Positions 20,526 through 30,612 of a stretch of DNA of 64,000 nt are shown one piece after another. Below the pieces are notes generated by a model. That model did not search any database and was not told where the DNA came from. It saw nothing but the letters and a program-made list of their open reading frames with translations. Numbering within the stretch: position 1 is the first letter of the stretch; each line of letters opens with the position of its first letter. Origin of the DNA: Ignisphaera aggregans DSM 17230 (lineage in GTDB: Archaea > Thermoproteota > Thermoprotei_A > Sulfolobales > Ignisphaeraceae). The stretch spans positions 803,853 to 867,852 of the forward strand of contig CP002098.1 of NCBI GenBank assembly GCA_000145985.1, written 5' to 3'. The position numbers were made by a program, and so were the translations under genes.

Positions 20526-21701
20526 CTATTCACCCACACATCCAAATAGATCTGATAGATTGGTAAAACCTAGATATCCACCATCAATATATTTCTGGTA
20601 TAGCGGTTCATCAAGAAACTTCATAAATATCTCATTAGCTTTTTCTATCGGGTCTATATCGGTAAATCTATCTGGATATAGAACCTTTCCAATATAGTAT
20701 GCATCAGCAAGTGCAACTGCTAGATTAGTGTGATAATAATTATATGGTAGAAGTCCATAGACCTTACCATCTCTAAATGCCTTAAGACTACAGTATTTAT
20801 CTGAGGATCTATTGAAGTCCTGTAAAACAACATTAAGATTATTCTCATCTATAAATACAATATCTGGTTGCATAGATATGAGGTATTCAAAGTCTATGTT
20901 TATAAATCCTCTCGTAGATGTAGCGTTATCTACGATACTCTTTGTTGAAAGCCACCAGAGAGGCGGATAGGGAGATTGTGTAGCTGTAAACGGCTGTGCA
21001 CCTCTATATGATACTGCTCCCACATATACTCTAACCATAGATGTATCTACACCTTTTACCCTCTGCCTAAGATCATTCAAAATATTCTCTACATAGTTTA
21101 TGAGTTCCTCAGCTCTCTCACTCCTATTAAGAACTGTGCCAAGTAGTCTAAGAGCTCTATAGAATGCTGATAGATCTGGAGAAGTAGCAGGGGTATAGTC
21201 AACAACAACTACAGGAGCTCCAACTTCCTGCTGAAGCTTGTCAGGGTCATAGAGTTGGGCATAGTAGAGACTCATAACCACAAGATCGGGTTTAACCGCT
21301 AAGATTCTCTCTGGATCAGGTGTACGACCAGGGCCACCAGGTCCTATAGTAGGTAGATCTTTAAATCTATTGTAGACAGCCATAGCATAGTCTCTACCTA
21401 CAGGATCCCAAGTCTTCTCAATCTCTTCAACCCCTACAACCATATCAGTAGCATTTAGATATACTACAAGCCTTAGTGCTCCTGGTCCTATAGCAACTAT
21501 ACGACTTATGTTTCTAGGTATCTTAATAGTTCTATTAGCAAAATCAGTTACTGTTATATATGGTTCCAACACTGTTGATGTAGATATTGTTGTAGTTGCA
21601 CCTCTCTGTGTTGTTCCAATATAATAACCAATGATAATGGCGATAACAGCTATGATTATTACTATCGCTATATAGACTATAGATCTATTCATATTGATCA
21701 C
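20526..21701 (-). CDS. Periplasmic-binding-protein family substrate-binding protein (iron-complex/cobalamin type), membrane anchored
   Basis: N-terminal TM, then RIVAIGPGALRLVVYLNATDMVVGVEE, typical of cluster-A binding proteins (BtuF/FhuD-like). Confidence 0.6.
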   Translation of the reverse strand: MINMNRSIVYIAIVIIIAVIAIIIGYYIGTTQRGATTTISTSTVLEPYITVTDFANRTIKIPRNISRIVAIGPGALRLVVYLNATDMVVGVEEIEKTWDPVGRDYAMAVYNRFKDLPTIGPGGPGRTPDPERILAVKPDLVVMSLYYAQLYDPDKLQQEVGAPVVVVDYTPATSPDLSAFYRALRLLGTVLNRSERAEELINYVENILNDLRQRVKGVDTSMVRVYVGAVSYRGAQPFTATQSPYPPLWWLSTKSIVDNATSTRGFINIDFEYLISMQPDIVFIDENNLNVVLQDFNRSSDKYCSLKAFRDGKVYGLLPYNYYHTNLAVALADAYYIGKVLYPDRFTDIDPIEKANEIFMKFLDEPLYQKYIDGGYLGFTNLSDLFGCVGE

Positions 21702-22387
21702 CCTCTCGATATTCTAATAGGATATCTGATACTGTCTATACCACGCCCAATAACAGCCTGTAATAATCTATCTGCACATACTGGACATAGATATGTGTCG
21801 CCTATCTTTACAGCTTTTGGAGCCATTACAAGTTCTCCACATTTTACACATCTAATGCTTTCAAATATTGGTGCTCTTTCAATTGGTTCAACCTCAACCT
21901 CCTCAATAACGAATTCCTCCTCTGGGACTTCAGCCATTTTAAGTCCTATCTCCTCCCATAACCTGTGTAGCTTCTCTTTATCCTCTTTACTCCCCTCTCT
22001 CCTCCTAACAACTTTATCAAAGAGATCTAAAGCCTCTCTAGAGAAGTATTTCGATCTAAGCTTTTCAGCATCTATATACACCCTAACGCCTCTCCAAGTA
22101 CCTCTCCTAACAAGGGTCAAAGCATTCTTCCCAACATCAATATATATCAAACTATTGTTACCCAATGTACAGCCAGTAGCTATCTGAACACCATCAGCCA
22201 TACAGTTATTAGCTTCAACAATAGCTAAAAGCTCTTCACCAATAGTCTCAGCTTCACCAGCCCTAGAGACACCAAGTCTCTTCATAGCTATTTCAGATAT
22301 TCTAAGACCTAGGACTAGAAATGGACATATATGGCCGTGAAACCATTTAGCTTTTTCAATAAGATTTCTATCAACCAATATGTACAC
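21698..22387 (-). CDS. FmdE-domain protein with a C-terminal zinc ribbon
   Basis: N-terminal FHGHICPF motif (the FmdE HGHxCP signature) and a C-terminal CVKCG...CPVCADR ribbon. Stop-start overlap with the binding-protein gene. Confidence 0.6.
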   Translation of the reverse strand: MYILVDRNLIEKAKWFHGHICPFLVLGLRISEIAMKRLGVSRAGEAETIGEELLAIVEANNCMADGVQIATGCTLGNNSLIYIDVGKNALTLVRRGTWRGVRVYIDAEKLRSKYFSREALDLFDKVVRRREGSKEDKEKLHRLWEEIGLKMAEVPEEEFVIEEVEVEPIERAPIFESIRCVKCGELVMAPKAVKIGDTYLCPVCADRLLQAVIGRGIDSIRYPIRISRG

Positions 22388-22473
22388 CTACTATTTGGCT
22401 AGATGCACCAGGTTAAAATATTTATGTGTCTAAGGTTTATATATAGCTATAAAGGTTAGAAAGGCTGGATGCA

Positions 22474-22923
22474 ATGCCTTTTGAAGATCCTAGATGTCTA
22501 ATGTGTAGAAAGTGCTGTATAGAGACAGAGATGATTCTTCTGCCAAGCGATATAGAGAGGATAAAGAGGTTTACAGAGCTAGATATAGATAGATTTGCTG
22601 TATTTAGAGATGGTTTCTATAGGCTTAGAAATGTGGATGGTAGATGTATATTCCTAGACGATAACGGCTGTAGAATATATCCTATAAAACCTATTGGATG
22701 CTCAATATATCCTCTAATTTTCGACTCTATACATGGACCAGTGATAGATAGTCTCTGTCCTCTAGCCAAAGAATTTATATATAGATGTAGAGATATTGAA
22801 GAGGCATTGAACCTACTAAAAGATTTTCTTAGAGAGCTTGAGGATAGCTATAGCTATAGAGTCAACTGGAATACTTTTTATAGAGAATCAAAAAGATTAA
22901 TCGATATGTGTAACAGGAGATAA
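22474..22923 (+). CDS. YkgJ/UPF0153-type CxxCxxCC putative Fe/Zn-chelating domain protein
   Basis: CLMCRKCC matches the CxxCxxCC motif near the N-terminus. 149 aa. Confidence 0.5.
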   Translation: MPFEDPRCLMCRKCCIETEMILLPSDIERIKRFTELDIDRFAVFRDGFYRLRNVDGRCIFLDDNGCRIYPIKPIGCSIYPLIFDSIHGPVIDSLCPLAKEFIYRCRDIEEALNLLKDFLRELEDSYSYRVNWNTFYRESKRLIDMCNRR

Positions 22924-22953
22924 CACAGTAGGTTCTAGACCTTGGATCAACAG

Positions 22954-24036
22954 CTATATTGATCCATAGTAAACCTTGAAATCTGCTATGGTGACAACAA
23001 ATCTTGCGGATGCTCCTCCATTGTTTTGCGTTCCCCACTCTGTTCCTATCTCCCAGTTTAGTAGATAGTATCCTGACATAGATACATATTTCTTTGCTGC
23101 TTGTATAAATAGTGTTGGGTCATATGCAACAGATCCGCATCTCACACTCCATCCACTTGGTGCGAATGCTATATAGTCCCATCCACCCCATGGGACAGAT
23201 CGCTGTAGATATACATCCCATTTAGCATCAATTCTAGTTCCATTTATAACTATAGGTATTATCTCCTCACCAACCCTATCACCAGCAGGACCTAGATTCT
23301 GACTAAATAGCCATACCATAATCTCTATATCTCCCTTACCAGGAGGTGTACCAGGAGCTCTAGCAACAGATTCCCTCACAATCCATGCATCTGCAGCTAT
23401 ATTAAAATTCATTGTTGGATCCAAATCCTCTATACATACATAGAAACTTACAACGAATTGCCTTGGATTATCAACATTTATTGGAAATGCAACTCCATAG
23501 CCATCAATATATCTTGTATCCCAAGGCTTTCTACCAACATATATCTCTGGATATCCATTGACCCACTGAACAGGTTGAATGCTATGTAAATCGCTAACAA
23601 TTTTAATGGTTAGATTATGGATATAGATATACATTCTTTGGTAGCCCAGAGCAGAGTTAACTCCATAGAGATTGAGTGAAGCTCTAAAGTCTGGAACATT
23701 GTCATTGTTGATATCTATATTTGTTGATGGGTATAGACCTTGTGTAGGATATTCAAGTATCTTTGGTGTAGGGATCTGTGGAGATAGTGTGATATATGTG
23801 GTTATGGTTTGAGTTTCTGTTAGTGTTACCGTCTCTGGAGGTAGAGTAGTTGTGATATACATGGTTTGTATCGCTGTAACTGTTGTAGATACTGTTTTTG
23901 TTGATACAGCTGTTTGATATACTGTTATTGTAACAGATGTACCTGTTCTCTGCATCTCCACACCAATATATATACCCATAGCAATTATCGCTACAACCAA
24001 TATGGCTACAACTATATATGTAGTTCTAAGAGCCAT
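22954..24036 (-). CDS. Glycoside hydrolase family 12 endo-1,4-beta-glucanase, N-terminally membrane anchored with a Thr-rich linker
   Basis: N-terminal TM plus Thr/Val-rich linker. GH12-like catalytic region with DIEIMVWL (nucleophile Glu context) and WEIGTEWG (acid/base Glu context) motifs. Confidence 0.6.
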   Translation of the reverse strand: MALRTTYIVVAILVVAIIAMGIYIGVEMQRTGTSVTITVYQTAVSTKTVSTTVTAIQTMYITTTLPPETVTLTETQTITTYITLSPQIPTPKILEYPTQGLYPSTNIDINNDNVPDFRASLNLYGVNSALGYQRMYIYIHNLTIKIVSDLHSIQPVQWVNGYPEIYVGRKPWDTRYIDGYGVAFPINVDNPRQFVVSFYVCIEDLDPTMNFNIAADAWIVRESVARAPGTPPGKGDIEIMVWLFSQNLGPAGDRVGEEIIPIVINGTRIDAKWDVYLQRSVPWGGWDYIAFAPSGWSVRCGSVAYDPTLFIQAAKKYVSMSGYYLLNWEIGTEWGTQNNGGASARFVVTIADFKVYYGSI

Positions 24037-24089
24037 AATACCACAAGATATCTGTTCATGAAAACCAATAAAAATCTTTTAGAGAATAT

Positions 24090-24177
24090 TGGTGCGGGGG
24101 GTGGGATTTGAACCCACGCAGGCCTACGCCATCGGGTCCTAAGCCCGACCCCTTTGACCTGGCTCGGGCACCCCCGC
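24090..24177 (-). tRNA. tRNA-Leu (anticodon UAG), class II with long variable arm; 3' CCA encoded
   Basis: Reverse complement reads GCGGGGG-UG-CCC...GGG-G-UCGGG-CUUAGGA-CCCGA-[14-nt variable arm]-GUGGG-UUCAAAU-CCCAC-CCCCCGC-A-CCA. Seven-bp acceptor stem pairs perfectly. Anticodon loop is CU-UAG-GA with G37. Confidence 0.85.
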
Positions 24178-24238
24178 ACATCTAATCTATCATTATCTTA
24201 CTCTCTTGTGTCTAGCTTTTTAGTTTTTCAGTACCTTT

Positions 24239-24550
24239 CTATATTAGTGAGAATTCTATTATATATACATCTGGATTGCTATTAATTCTCTTCATACCAT
24301 ATATCTTTGCTAATTCTCTCAGTAGTGCTTCTCTTGATGAAAATCCATCTGCTTTTATTTCCTCATCTGTTAACTCATTTAGCTTCTTTCTATTGATTCT
24401 CTTTATAATAGCTCTACCTATTCTTACATGTCCTACATATACCTCTACAGTTTCACCCTCCTTTAGATCTGTATTCAATCTTATTGTTGTTTTCTTCTCA
24501 CCTGTAAGTATCTTTCCTGCATATTCTAGTTTAAATACTAGTTTCTTCAT
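24239..24550 (-). CDS. ASCH (PUA-like) domain protein
   Basis: 103 aa. The N-terminal KKTTIRL pattern and overall size fit ASCH domain proteins. Confidence 0.5.
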   Translation of the reverse strand: MKKLVFKLEYAGKILTGEKKTTIRLNTDLKEGETVEVYVGHVRIGRAIIKRINRKKLNELTDEEIKADGFSSREALLRELAKIYGMKRINSNPDVYIIEFSLI

Positions 24551-24570
24551 CTCTATATATTCCCACTACC

Positions 24571-25194
24571 CTATGACTCTTCTACTTCCTCTTCAGGTAT
24601 CTTAACAATTAGATATCCATTCCTTATCAGATTAGCAACATCCCTCCTGATCATCTCTGTAACTATCTCTCTAAAACCTTCTATAGGTACTTCAGATCTT
24701 ATCTTAATATCAAGTTTTCTAGCTAAATCCTTAACAGCTCTCAGACATTCATCTCTAACTATACAGATCTCACACCTACACCTATCACCCTTTACAAAAA
24801 CAAATCCCAGCTTCCCATCAACAAAACCTCCCTTATCAGTATAGACATTTATCTTTATAAGATTATTATTCTCATCTATAGACAGATCATACACTAGAAA
24901 CATTCTTGCACCAACATAGAAACCACCATTTCTATATACAATAAATCCATTTCTCTCTAAAACATGGAGATGCCTATATATAGCAGTTCTAGAAATATTT
25001 AAAGCATTCGCAATTTCAGCAGCTGATGATACTCCTCTTGCAAGTATAGACATGATAGCACATCTAATTTCATTTGCTATACATCCCTCAAATGCCTTAC
25101 GATTAATTAGCCTTATGATATCTGGCTCAGGATAGTTAGATGGTAGACTTAGGGATTTTAATCTGAGTAAAGCTTCTTGAGGCATAAACTTCAC
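24571..25194 (-). CDS. Winged-helix (ArsR-like) transcriptional regulator with a C-terminal domain
   Basis: HTH segment EIANALNISRTAIYRHLHVLERNGFI. 207 aa. Confidence 0.55.
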   Translation of the reverse strand: MKFMPQEALLRLKSLSLPSNYPEPDIIRLINRKAFEGCIANEIRCAIMSILARGVSSAAEIANALNISRTAIYRHLHVLERNGFIVYRNGGFYVGARMFLVYDLSIDENNNLIKINVYTDKGGFVDGKLGFVFVKGDRCRCEICIVRDECLRAVKDLARKLDIKIRSEVPIEGFREIVTEMIRRDVANLIRNGYLIVKIPEEEVEES

Positions 25195-25219
25195 TACATA
25201 GATAATATTTAGCTTCTCT

Positions 25220-25978
25220 CTAAAACCTTTTTACCTTTCTTAAAAACTCTTCACTTGTCCTCGATATAACATCTATAACAGAGTCTATATCGATACTCTT
25301 TATAGAGGCTATAACTCTATATAGCTCTAATACCATCTTTGGATGCATATCAATACCCCTATACCTATATGGTGCATCACTCTCAAGAAGCATAACCTCT
25401 AGTGGAGCTGCTCTAACTATCTCTCTATGCTTCTCCTGTATAGATATTGCAGGATTAATAGTAATTCTATACCCCCTATCAGCTATCTCCTTCAAAAGCT
25501 CTATAGGACCTGTATACCAATGGATTATAGCTAGAGATATATCGTATCTATATAGAAGCTCTAATGCTTCTCTCCAAGCACCTGCAGCATGTATATTGAC
25601 AACAAGATTTCTATCCCTTGCAATACTGAGAAACATCTTCAGAATCTCTATCTGTTTATCAAATGTTTCATATCTAAACTTCTTATCAAGTCCTATCTCT
25701 CCTAGAACCATAACATCTCTAGCCTCAATAACATCAATAATATTTCTAGCCTCCTGTAACGAGCTATCCCCTACATTCCATGGATGTAGCCCTACAGCAG
25801 GTATAACCCATGGAAATCTTCTACTGAGATCAAGAGTCCTTAGAGAAGATTTATAGTCATCACTAACAGCAAGGACGTATATACCAAGACTTGCAATATC
25901 GTTTTCTATAGATTCCTCGCTATATTCATGAAGGTGGCAATGTGCATCAAGAACCACCCTGCTTCTTGCCGATGACAA
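25220..25978 (-). CDS. tatD: TatD-family metal-dependent hydrolase (DNase)
   Basis: N-terminal DAHCHL motif (HxH) and TIM-barrel hydrolase pattern. 252 aa. Confidence 0.75.
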   Translation of the reverse strand: MSSARSRVVLDAHCHLHEYSEESIENDIASLGIYVLAVSDDYKSSLRTLDLSRRFPWVIPAVGLHPWNVGDSSLQEARNIIDVIEARDVMVLGEIGLDKKFRYETFDKQIEILKMFLSIARDRNLVVNIHAAGAWREALELLYRYDISLAIIHWYTGPIELLKEIADRGYRITINPAISIQEKHREIVRAAPLEVMLLESDAPYRYRGIDMHPKMVLELYRVIASIKSIDIDSVIDVISRTSEEFLRKVKRF

Positions 25979-27098
25979 ATTCCCTCACCTTATTACTAGG
26001 TATATGGATAAACTCTGTATATACCTCTAGAGGAATATATGCAAATCTATCTAGTTTATATGTTGGATGTATCCTCCCAACTATATTAACCTTATATCCA
26101 CAGTATGGACAGCTCATATCATCTCTCAAATTAACCTCCACTATATCGAACCCCATTCTTCTTATCAATAGCTTTCCACATCTTGGGCAATAGGTATTTT
26201 CAAGTTCATGGCCAGGAACATTACCTAGATATACATAGTGAAGACCCTCCTCCTTAGCTATAGCAGCATGTTTCTCTAAAACTTTTACAGATGTTGATGG
26301 AATATCGAGTAGCTTGTAATCTGGGTGAAATCTTAGGAAGTGTATAGGTGTTTCAGGACCTAGATTCTCAACAACCCATCTAGCTAATTTTCTTGCCTTC
26401 TCAAGATCATCTCCATATCTTGGTATAACTAGATCTGTAATCTCTACATATACACCCCTCCTCTTAAGCTCTACAATAGCCTGAAATACAGGTTCTATAT
26501 CTGGAACTAGAGAGAGTTTTCTTGCAACATCTCTATCCCCATGGCCCTTCAGATCAACTGTAGCTGCATCCATAAACTTTACCACTAGATCTATAGTTTC
26601 ATCAGTCATATATCCATTTGTAACCATAGTGTTAAATAGCCCCTCCTTCCTAGCTAGAATACCTACATCATATGCATACTCTATAAATACCACAGGCTCG
26701 TTATATGTATATGTAATTCCCTGAGCACCATAAGCAGTAGCAAGCTTTACAGCTAGCTCAGGCTCTAGCTTCCATCCAGCAATAACCCTCCTCTGACTAA
26801 TATCCCAATTCTGACAAAATACACAGCCCCAGCTACAGCCAGTTGTAGACATTGAGAACACCATTGAACCTGGATTAAATTGATATAGAGGCTTCTTCTC
26901 TATAGGATCAATAGCAACAGCTATTGCAAGTCCATGGGAAACTAGATAGAGCTTCCCATCAAAATTCCATCTAATACCACAAAAACCATATTGATTATCT
27001 AAAAGCTTACATCTCCTAGGACAAGCACTACATTCCACAAGTTTCTTAGACTCATCAATAACTCTATATAGCATAGCTTCCTTAGGCATTGAAAGCAC
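25947..27098 (-). CDS. Radical SAM enzyme of the AmmeMemoRadiSam / PFL-activase-like family
   Basis: N-terminal auxiliary Cys cluster CSACPRRCKL...GFCGIR followed by the radical-SAM motif GCSWGCVFCQN. C-terminal CPRCG...CPYCG Cys pairs. Confidence 0.7.
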   Translation of the reverse strand: MLSMPKEAMLYRVIDESKKLVECSACPRRCKLLDNQYGFCGIRWNFDGKLYLVSHGLAIAVAIDPIEKKPLYQFNPGSMVFSMSTTGCSWGCVFCQNWDISQRRVIAGWKLEPELAVKLATAYGAQGITYTYNEPVVFIEYAYDVGILARKEGLFNTMVTNGYMTDETIDLVVKFMDAATVDLKGHGDRDVARKLSLVPDIEPVFQAIVELKRRGVYVEITDLVIPRYGDDLEKARKLARWVVENLGPETPIHFLRFHPDYKLLDIPSTSVKVLEKHAAIAKEEGLHYVYLGNVPGHELENTYCPRCGKLLIRRMGFDIVEVNLRDDMSCPYCGYKVNIVGRIHPTYKLDRFAYIPLEVYTEFIHIPSNKVREFVIGKKQGGS

Positions 27099-27233
27099 CT
27101 TACCAATAATAATTGCTTAAACCAGTAATAAATCATCATAATTCTCATTAGAGATATACCCTAGAATCTAAGACAATATATCCTAATCCCCTCAGACTCA
27201 TTAACACCACAAATACTCATATCCCAACTTCTC

Positions 27234-27905
27234 TTATTCTAGTGAATATCTGTCTTCAGAGATTAGAACTCCATTATCAATATAAATAGTTCTATCTATG
27301 TCGAGTCTCTCAATAGATTCATATAGATGTGTTGCTATCACTATTCCTCTCCCCTTTAATTTATAGCTATTTAGAATCTCTATCACTCTATTCCTCTTCT
27401 CCCTATCTAGATTCGTAAATGGTTCATCAATAAACATCATCTCTGGTTCTAATACCAATGCTCTTCCAATAGCTATAAGCTGTTTCTGACCCATTGACAA
27501 GTTCTTTGCCTTCTCCTGTAAAAGACTCTTTATCCCTAGCAGCTCAGCTATATCATTTACAGCTTTCTCTATATAGCTATCACTATAACCTCTTATTATA
27601 AGTCCATATGCAAGATTGTCATAGACAGTACCACTAAACATAATTGGTCTATCATGGATATAAACAATTCTTCTCCTATACATATCCACAGCATTGGTCT
27701 TCCATACATTGACACCATCAACAAGTACCACACCCTTGCTAGGTCTATACAAAAGTGATGCTATCTTCATAAGCGTTGTCTTCCCCGCCCCATTAGCTCC
27801 CCTAAGAATAACTATCTCCCTAGGGTTAAATGCTATGGTTATACCCTTAACAACCCAGTTCCCCATATCTTCATATCTATACCATACATCGATAAGTCTA
27901 ATCAT
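27234..27905 (-). CDS. tupC: ABC transporter ATP-binding protein (TupC-like, tungstate/oxyanion transporter)
   Basis: Walker A GANGAGKTT, signature LSMGQKQ, Walker B MFIDEPF. 223 aa. Operon with TupB/TupA-like genes. Confidence 0.65.
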   Translation of the reverse strand: MIRLIDVWYRYEDMGNWVVKGITIAFNPREIVILRGANGAGKTTLMKIASLLYRPSKGVVLVDGVNVWKTNAVDMYRRRIVYIHDRPIMFSGTVYDNLAYGLIIRGYSDSYIEKAVNDIAELLGIKSLLQEKAKNLSMGQKQLIAIGRALVLEPEMMFIDEPFTNLDREKRNRVIEILNSYKLKGRGIVIATHLYESIERLDIDRTIYIDNGVLISEDRYSLE

Positions 27906-28639
27906 CTCTCCATACCCCTCAACAATCTTATTGTTACTATTAGAAGAATCTCTATAGCCAACAATATTGCTCCTAGCTTTAATGCATAGTCAAAATTCCC
28001 CATCTCTACATATAGTGCTATAGCTGTTGAGAATACCCTTGTCTCCCACCTAATATTTCCACCAACCAGTAGAGCTACTCCAAGCTCTCCTAAAGCTCTT
28101 GAAAATGCTATCATTATTGATGCTATAACCATATTGAATGACTCTCTAAATACTGTAGCCATAACCTGGCTCTTTCTAGCTCCTAGAGATAGTGCAAGTT
28201 CTCCATACTGTTCATATACGTTTCTTAGAGCTCCAAACGATGTAGCTATGATTAGCGGTGTTACAAGAATTGACTGTCCAATTATTATTGCATAAGGTGT
28301 ATATAGAAGGTTTAGAAAGCCTAGAGGACCACTTCTACTGAGTAATAGATAGAGGAGAAGTCCTATTAGAACTGTTGGAATACCTGAGAGAGATTCCATG
28401 ATAGGGATTAAGATTCTTAGCCTTGGCCTTACAACAGCTGTATACGCTAGGGGTAGACTCCAGAGAGATGATAATATTGTTGCTGTTCCTGATACCAATA
28501 TAGATCTTATAGCTATATCTACTATCTCATCCACATAGCTCACCAAGGATCTATAGCTAGTCACTATAGCTAACACAAGAATCTTATAGCTATATGATCG
28601 ATCTATGTATATTATTGCTCCCGTGCTAGTTGGCTCCAT
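27902..28639 (-). CDS. tupB: ABC transporter permease (TupB-like)
   Basis: 245 aa, about 6 TM helices. Overlapping stop/start with ATPase and binding-protein genes. Confidence 0.65.
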   Translation of the reverse strand: MEPTSTGAIIYIDRSYSYKILVLAIVTSYRSLVSYVDEIVDIAIRSILVSGTATILSSLWSLPLAYTAVVRPRLRILIPIMESLSGIPTVLIGLLLYLLLSRSGPLGFLNLLYTPYAIIIGQSILVTPLIIATSFGALRNVYEQYGELALSLGARKSQVMATVFRESFNMVIASIMIAFSRALGELGVALLVGGNIRWETRVFSTAIALYVEMGNFDYALKLGAILLAIEILLIVTIRLLRGMER

Positions 28640-29526
28640 ATATCTAGAAGCTGTTGCTCTCTCCCAGCTACTGAGCTAAATAGTGGTACACCATATCTCT
28701 CTATATCATAGCTAGAGATGAACTTCTGCCCCTCCTCACCAGCAATAAACTCTATAAATTTCTCTGCATATTCAAGCTCACGTCCACTACATCTAGAGGA
28801 GAGATAAGCACTATAGATATTTATTAGCTGTGTATCGTTGTGGAAGAGAATCTCTAGATTTTGTATAGATCCATTATATCTAAGTACTAGAAATGTTGAT
28901 ATATCGCTAAGTGTATAGCCATCCATTTCACTAGCTTGTATAAGGGCTTGAACCATCCCACATCCACACTCCTTATACCATCTCCTACCAAATGGATTAA
29001 GTCCTGCCATCCTCCACAGCTGAATCTCCTTGGCATTAGTACCAGAATTATCCCCTCTACTAATAAATACTGTTAACCCCCTTTCAGTAGCATTATATAT
29101 CCTTCTAAAAGCATCTATAGCATCACTAGCCCTAGAAACATTTGCAGGGTCACCCCGAGGACCAATAACTATGAAGTAGTTGTATGCAAATATTGTGTGT
29201 CTATATAGAGCTCCATTATCAAGATATTTAATTTCTAGAGAGGGTGCATGGACAAGAGCTATACATGTATCTCCCCTAGAAGCTCTCTCCAGAGCTTCTC
29301 CACTACCAATAGGTAGAAAAACTATATCTACATCAGGATAATACCTCTTAAAATTCATGGCTAGATACTCTAGTAAACCTGTTTGGTAGAGAGATGTTGT
29401 TGTTGATACAAATATCTTTATCCTACTAGATCTAGATATATGATATATTGCAAGACCTGTTAGAGCTAGAGCAATGATAGCTATAGTAATAAGCAGATAG
29501 ACTCTATTTAATCTATCCATATACAA
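28612..29526 (-). CDS. tupA: Tungstate-type ABC substrate-binding protein (TupA-like)
   Basis: N-terminal TM, then IFVSTTTSLYQTGLLEYL...PIGSGEALERASRGDTCIALVHAPS, matching the TupA TTTS/anion-binding pattern. Confidence 0.6.
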   Translation of the reverse strand: MYMDRLNRVYLLITIAIIALALTGLAIYHISRSSRIKIFVSTTTSLYQTGLLEYLAMNFKRYYPDVDIVFLPIGSGEALERASRGDTCIALVHAPSLEIKYLDNGALYRHTIFAYNYFIVIGPRGDPANVSRASDAIDAFRRIYNATERGLTVFISRGDNSGTNAKEIQLWRMAGLNPFGRRWYKECGCGMVQALIQASEMDGYTLSDISTFLVLRYNGSIQNLEILFHNDTQLINIYSAYLSSRCSGRELEYAEKFIEFIAGEEGQKFISSYDIERYGVPLFSSVAGREQQLLDIWSQLAREQ

Positions 29527-29533
29527 AACCTGT

Positions 29534-30337
29534 TTATATTGTTGTAATAGGTGCTATTTCTAGATAGCCATAGCTATTACAGTAAATAGTTATACCCCTA
29601 ATACTACTACTAATCTTTATAACCTTTAGAAGCTCCATAGGCTTCCAACAACCTGTATTTATAATCTTTCTGCTATAGTCTATATAGCCTATATGTGAAT
29701 GTCCATAGACAAGCCAAACATTTCTACCAAGAGAATACAGCTTCCTTAGAAGTTCACCAGTTGGAAGTCTTCCAAATAGTTTGATCCCCATAATATCTAG
29801 GAGAAATGCTATTACACCAGATCTAAATGCATAATCTCCATGGGTAACAACAATATAATCATTACATCTATCTATCTTGAATACAGCTATATCTGGTATA
29901 ACCACTATATCTATATCTCTATATTTAAAGAATAGAGGTTTTGTAAATAGTGCTCTAAAGTCATGAAAACTTCTACTCGGTATAAATACGAGTCTAGTGT
30001 TGTGAAGATCCATAGCATTAATAGCTCTCTTTAAAGCCTCTACAATGGTTCTAGTACTAGAAATCTCTATAGGTTCATCAAATAGGTCACCTGCAACTAT
30101 AACAACATCAATATTCTTCTCCCTAACAATTCTACCAATATTATTAACGCCCTTAGATTTCCAGAGATGAACATCAGATACAATCATAATCTTCCTAAGA
30201 TTCCTAAAGCTATATCCAAATACCCTAGGTCTCCAGTACCCAGTTATCCAAGGCATATTCCAAGATATATATAGGGTTATGACCATTAATAGTGCTGTGA
30301 CTAGGAGTAGTATGGCTATAGTATCAATAAAGTTCAT
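29534..30337 (-). CDS. Calcineurin-like metallophosphoesterase, N-terminally membrane anchored
   Basis: Motifs VSDVHLW (DxH), VIVAGDLFD (GDxxD), THGDY and YGHSHIG (GHxH). N-terminal TM. Confidence 0.5.
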   Translation of the reverse strand: MNFIDTIAILLLVTALLMVITLYISWNMPWITGYWRPRVFGYSFRNLRKIMIVSDVHLWKSKGVNNIGRIVREKNIDVVIVAGDLFDEPIEISSTRTIVEALKRAINAMDLHNTRLVFIPSRSFHDFRALFTKPLFFKYRDIDIVVIPDIAVFKIDRCNDYIVVTHGDYAFRSGVIAFLLDIMGIKLFGRLPTGELLRKLYSLGRNVWLVYGHSHIGYIDYSRKIINTGCWKPMELLKVIKISSSIRGITIYCNSYGYLEIAPITTI

Positions 30338-30612
30338 ATATAATCCAAATCTCTAGAACTTGGACAACCCTTAAAAACTCTCTCTATATAATAGATCTCT
30401 ATTCTCTAAAATCTTATTGATATTCACTATAGTTGCATTAGCAGTATAGGGGATAAAAGATATGGAAAAATATTTCTTCCTCATCCATATACCTATAGTT
30501 AATAGGGTTAAGAGAGTTGAGGAGATTTTGGTATTAGCTATATATTTCGTCATAACAATATTTATATCCCTTACACTATAGATCTGTTCTGTAGAATGAT
30601 CTGGGGATATAG

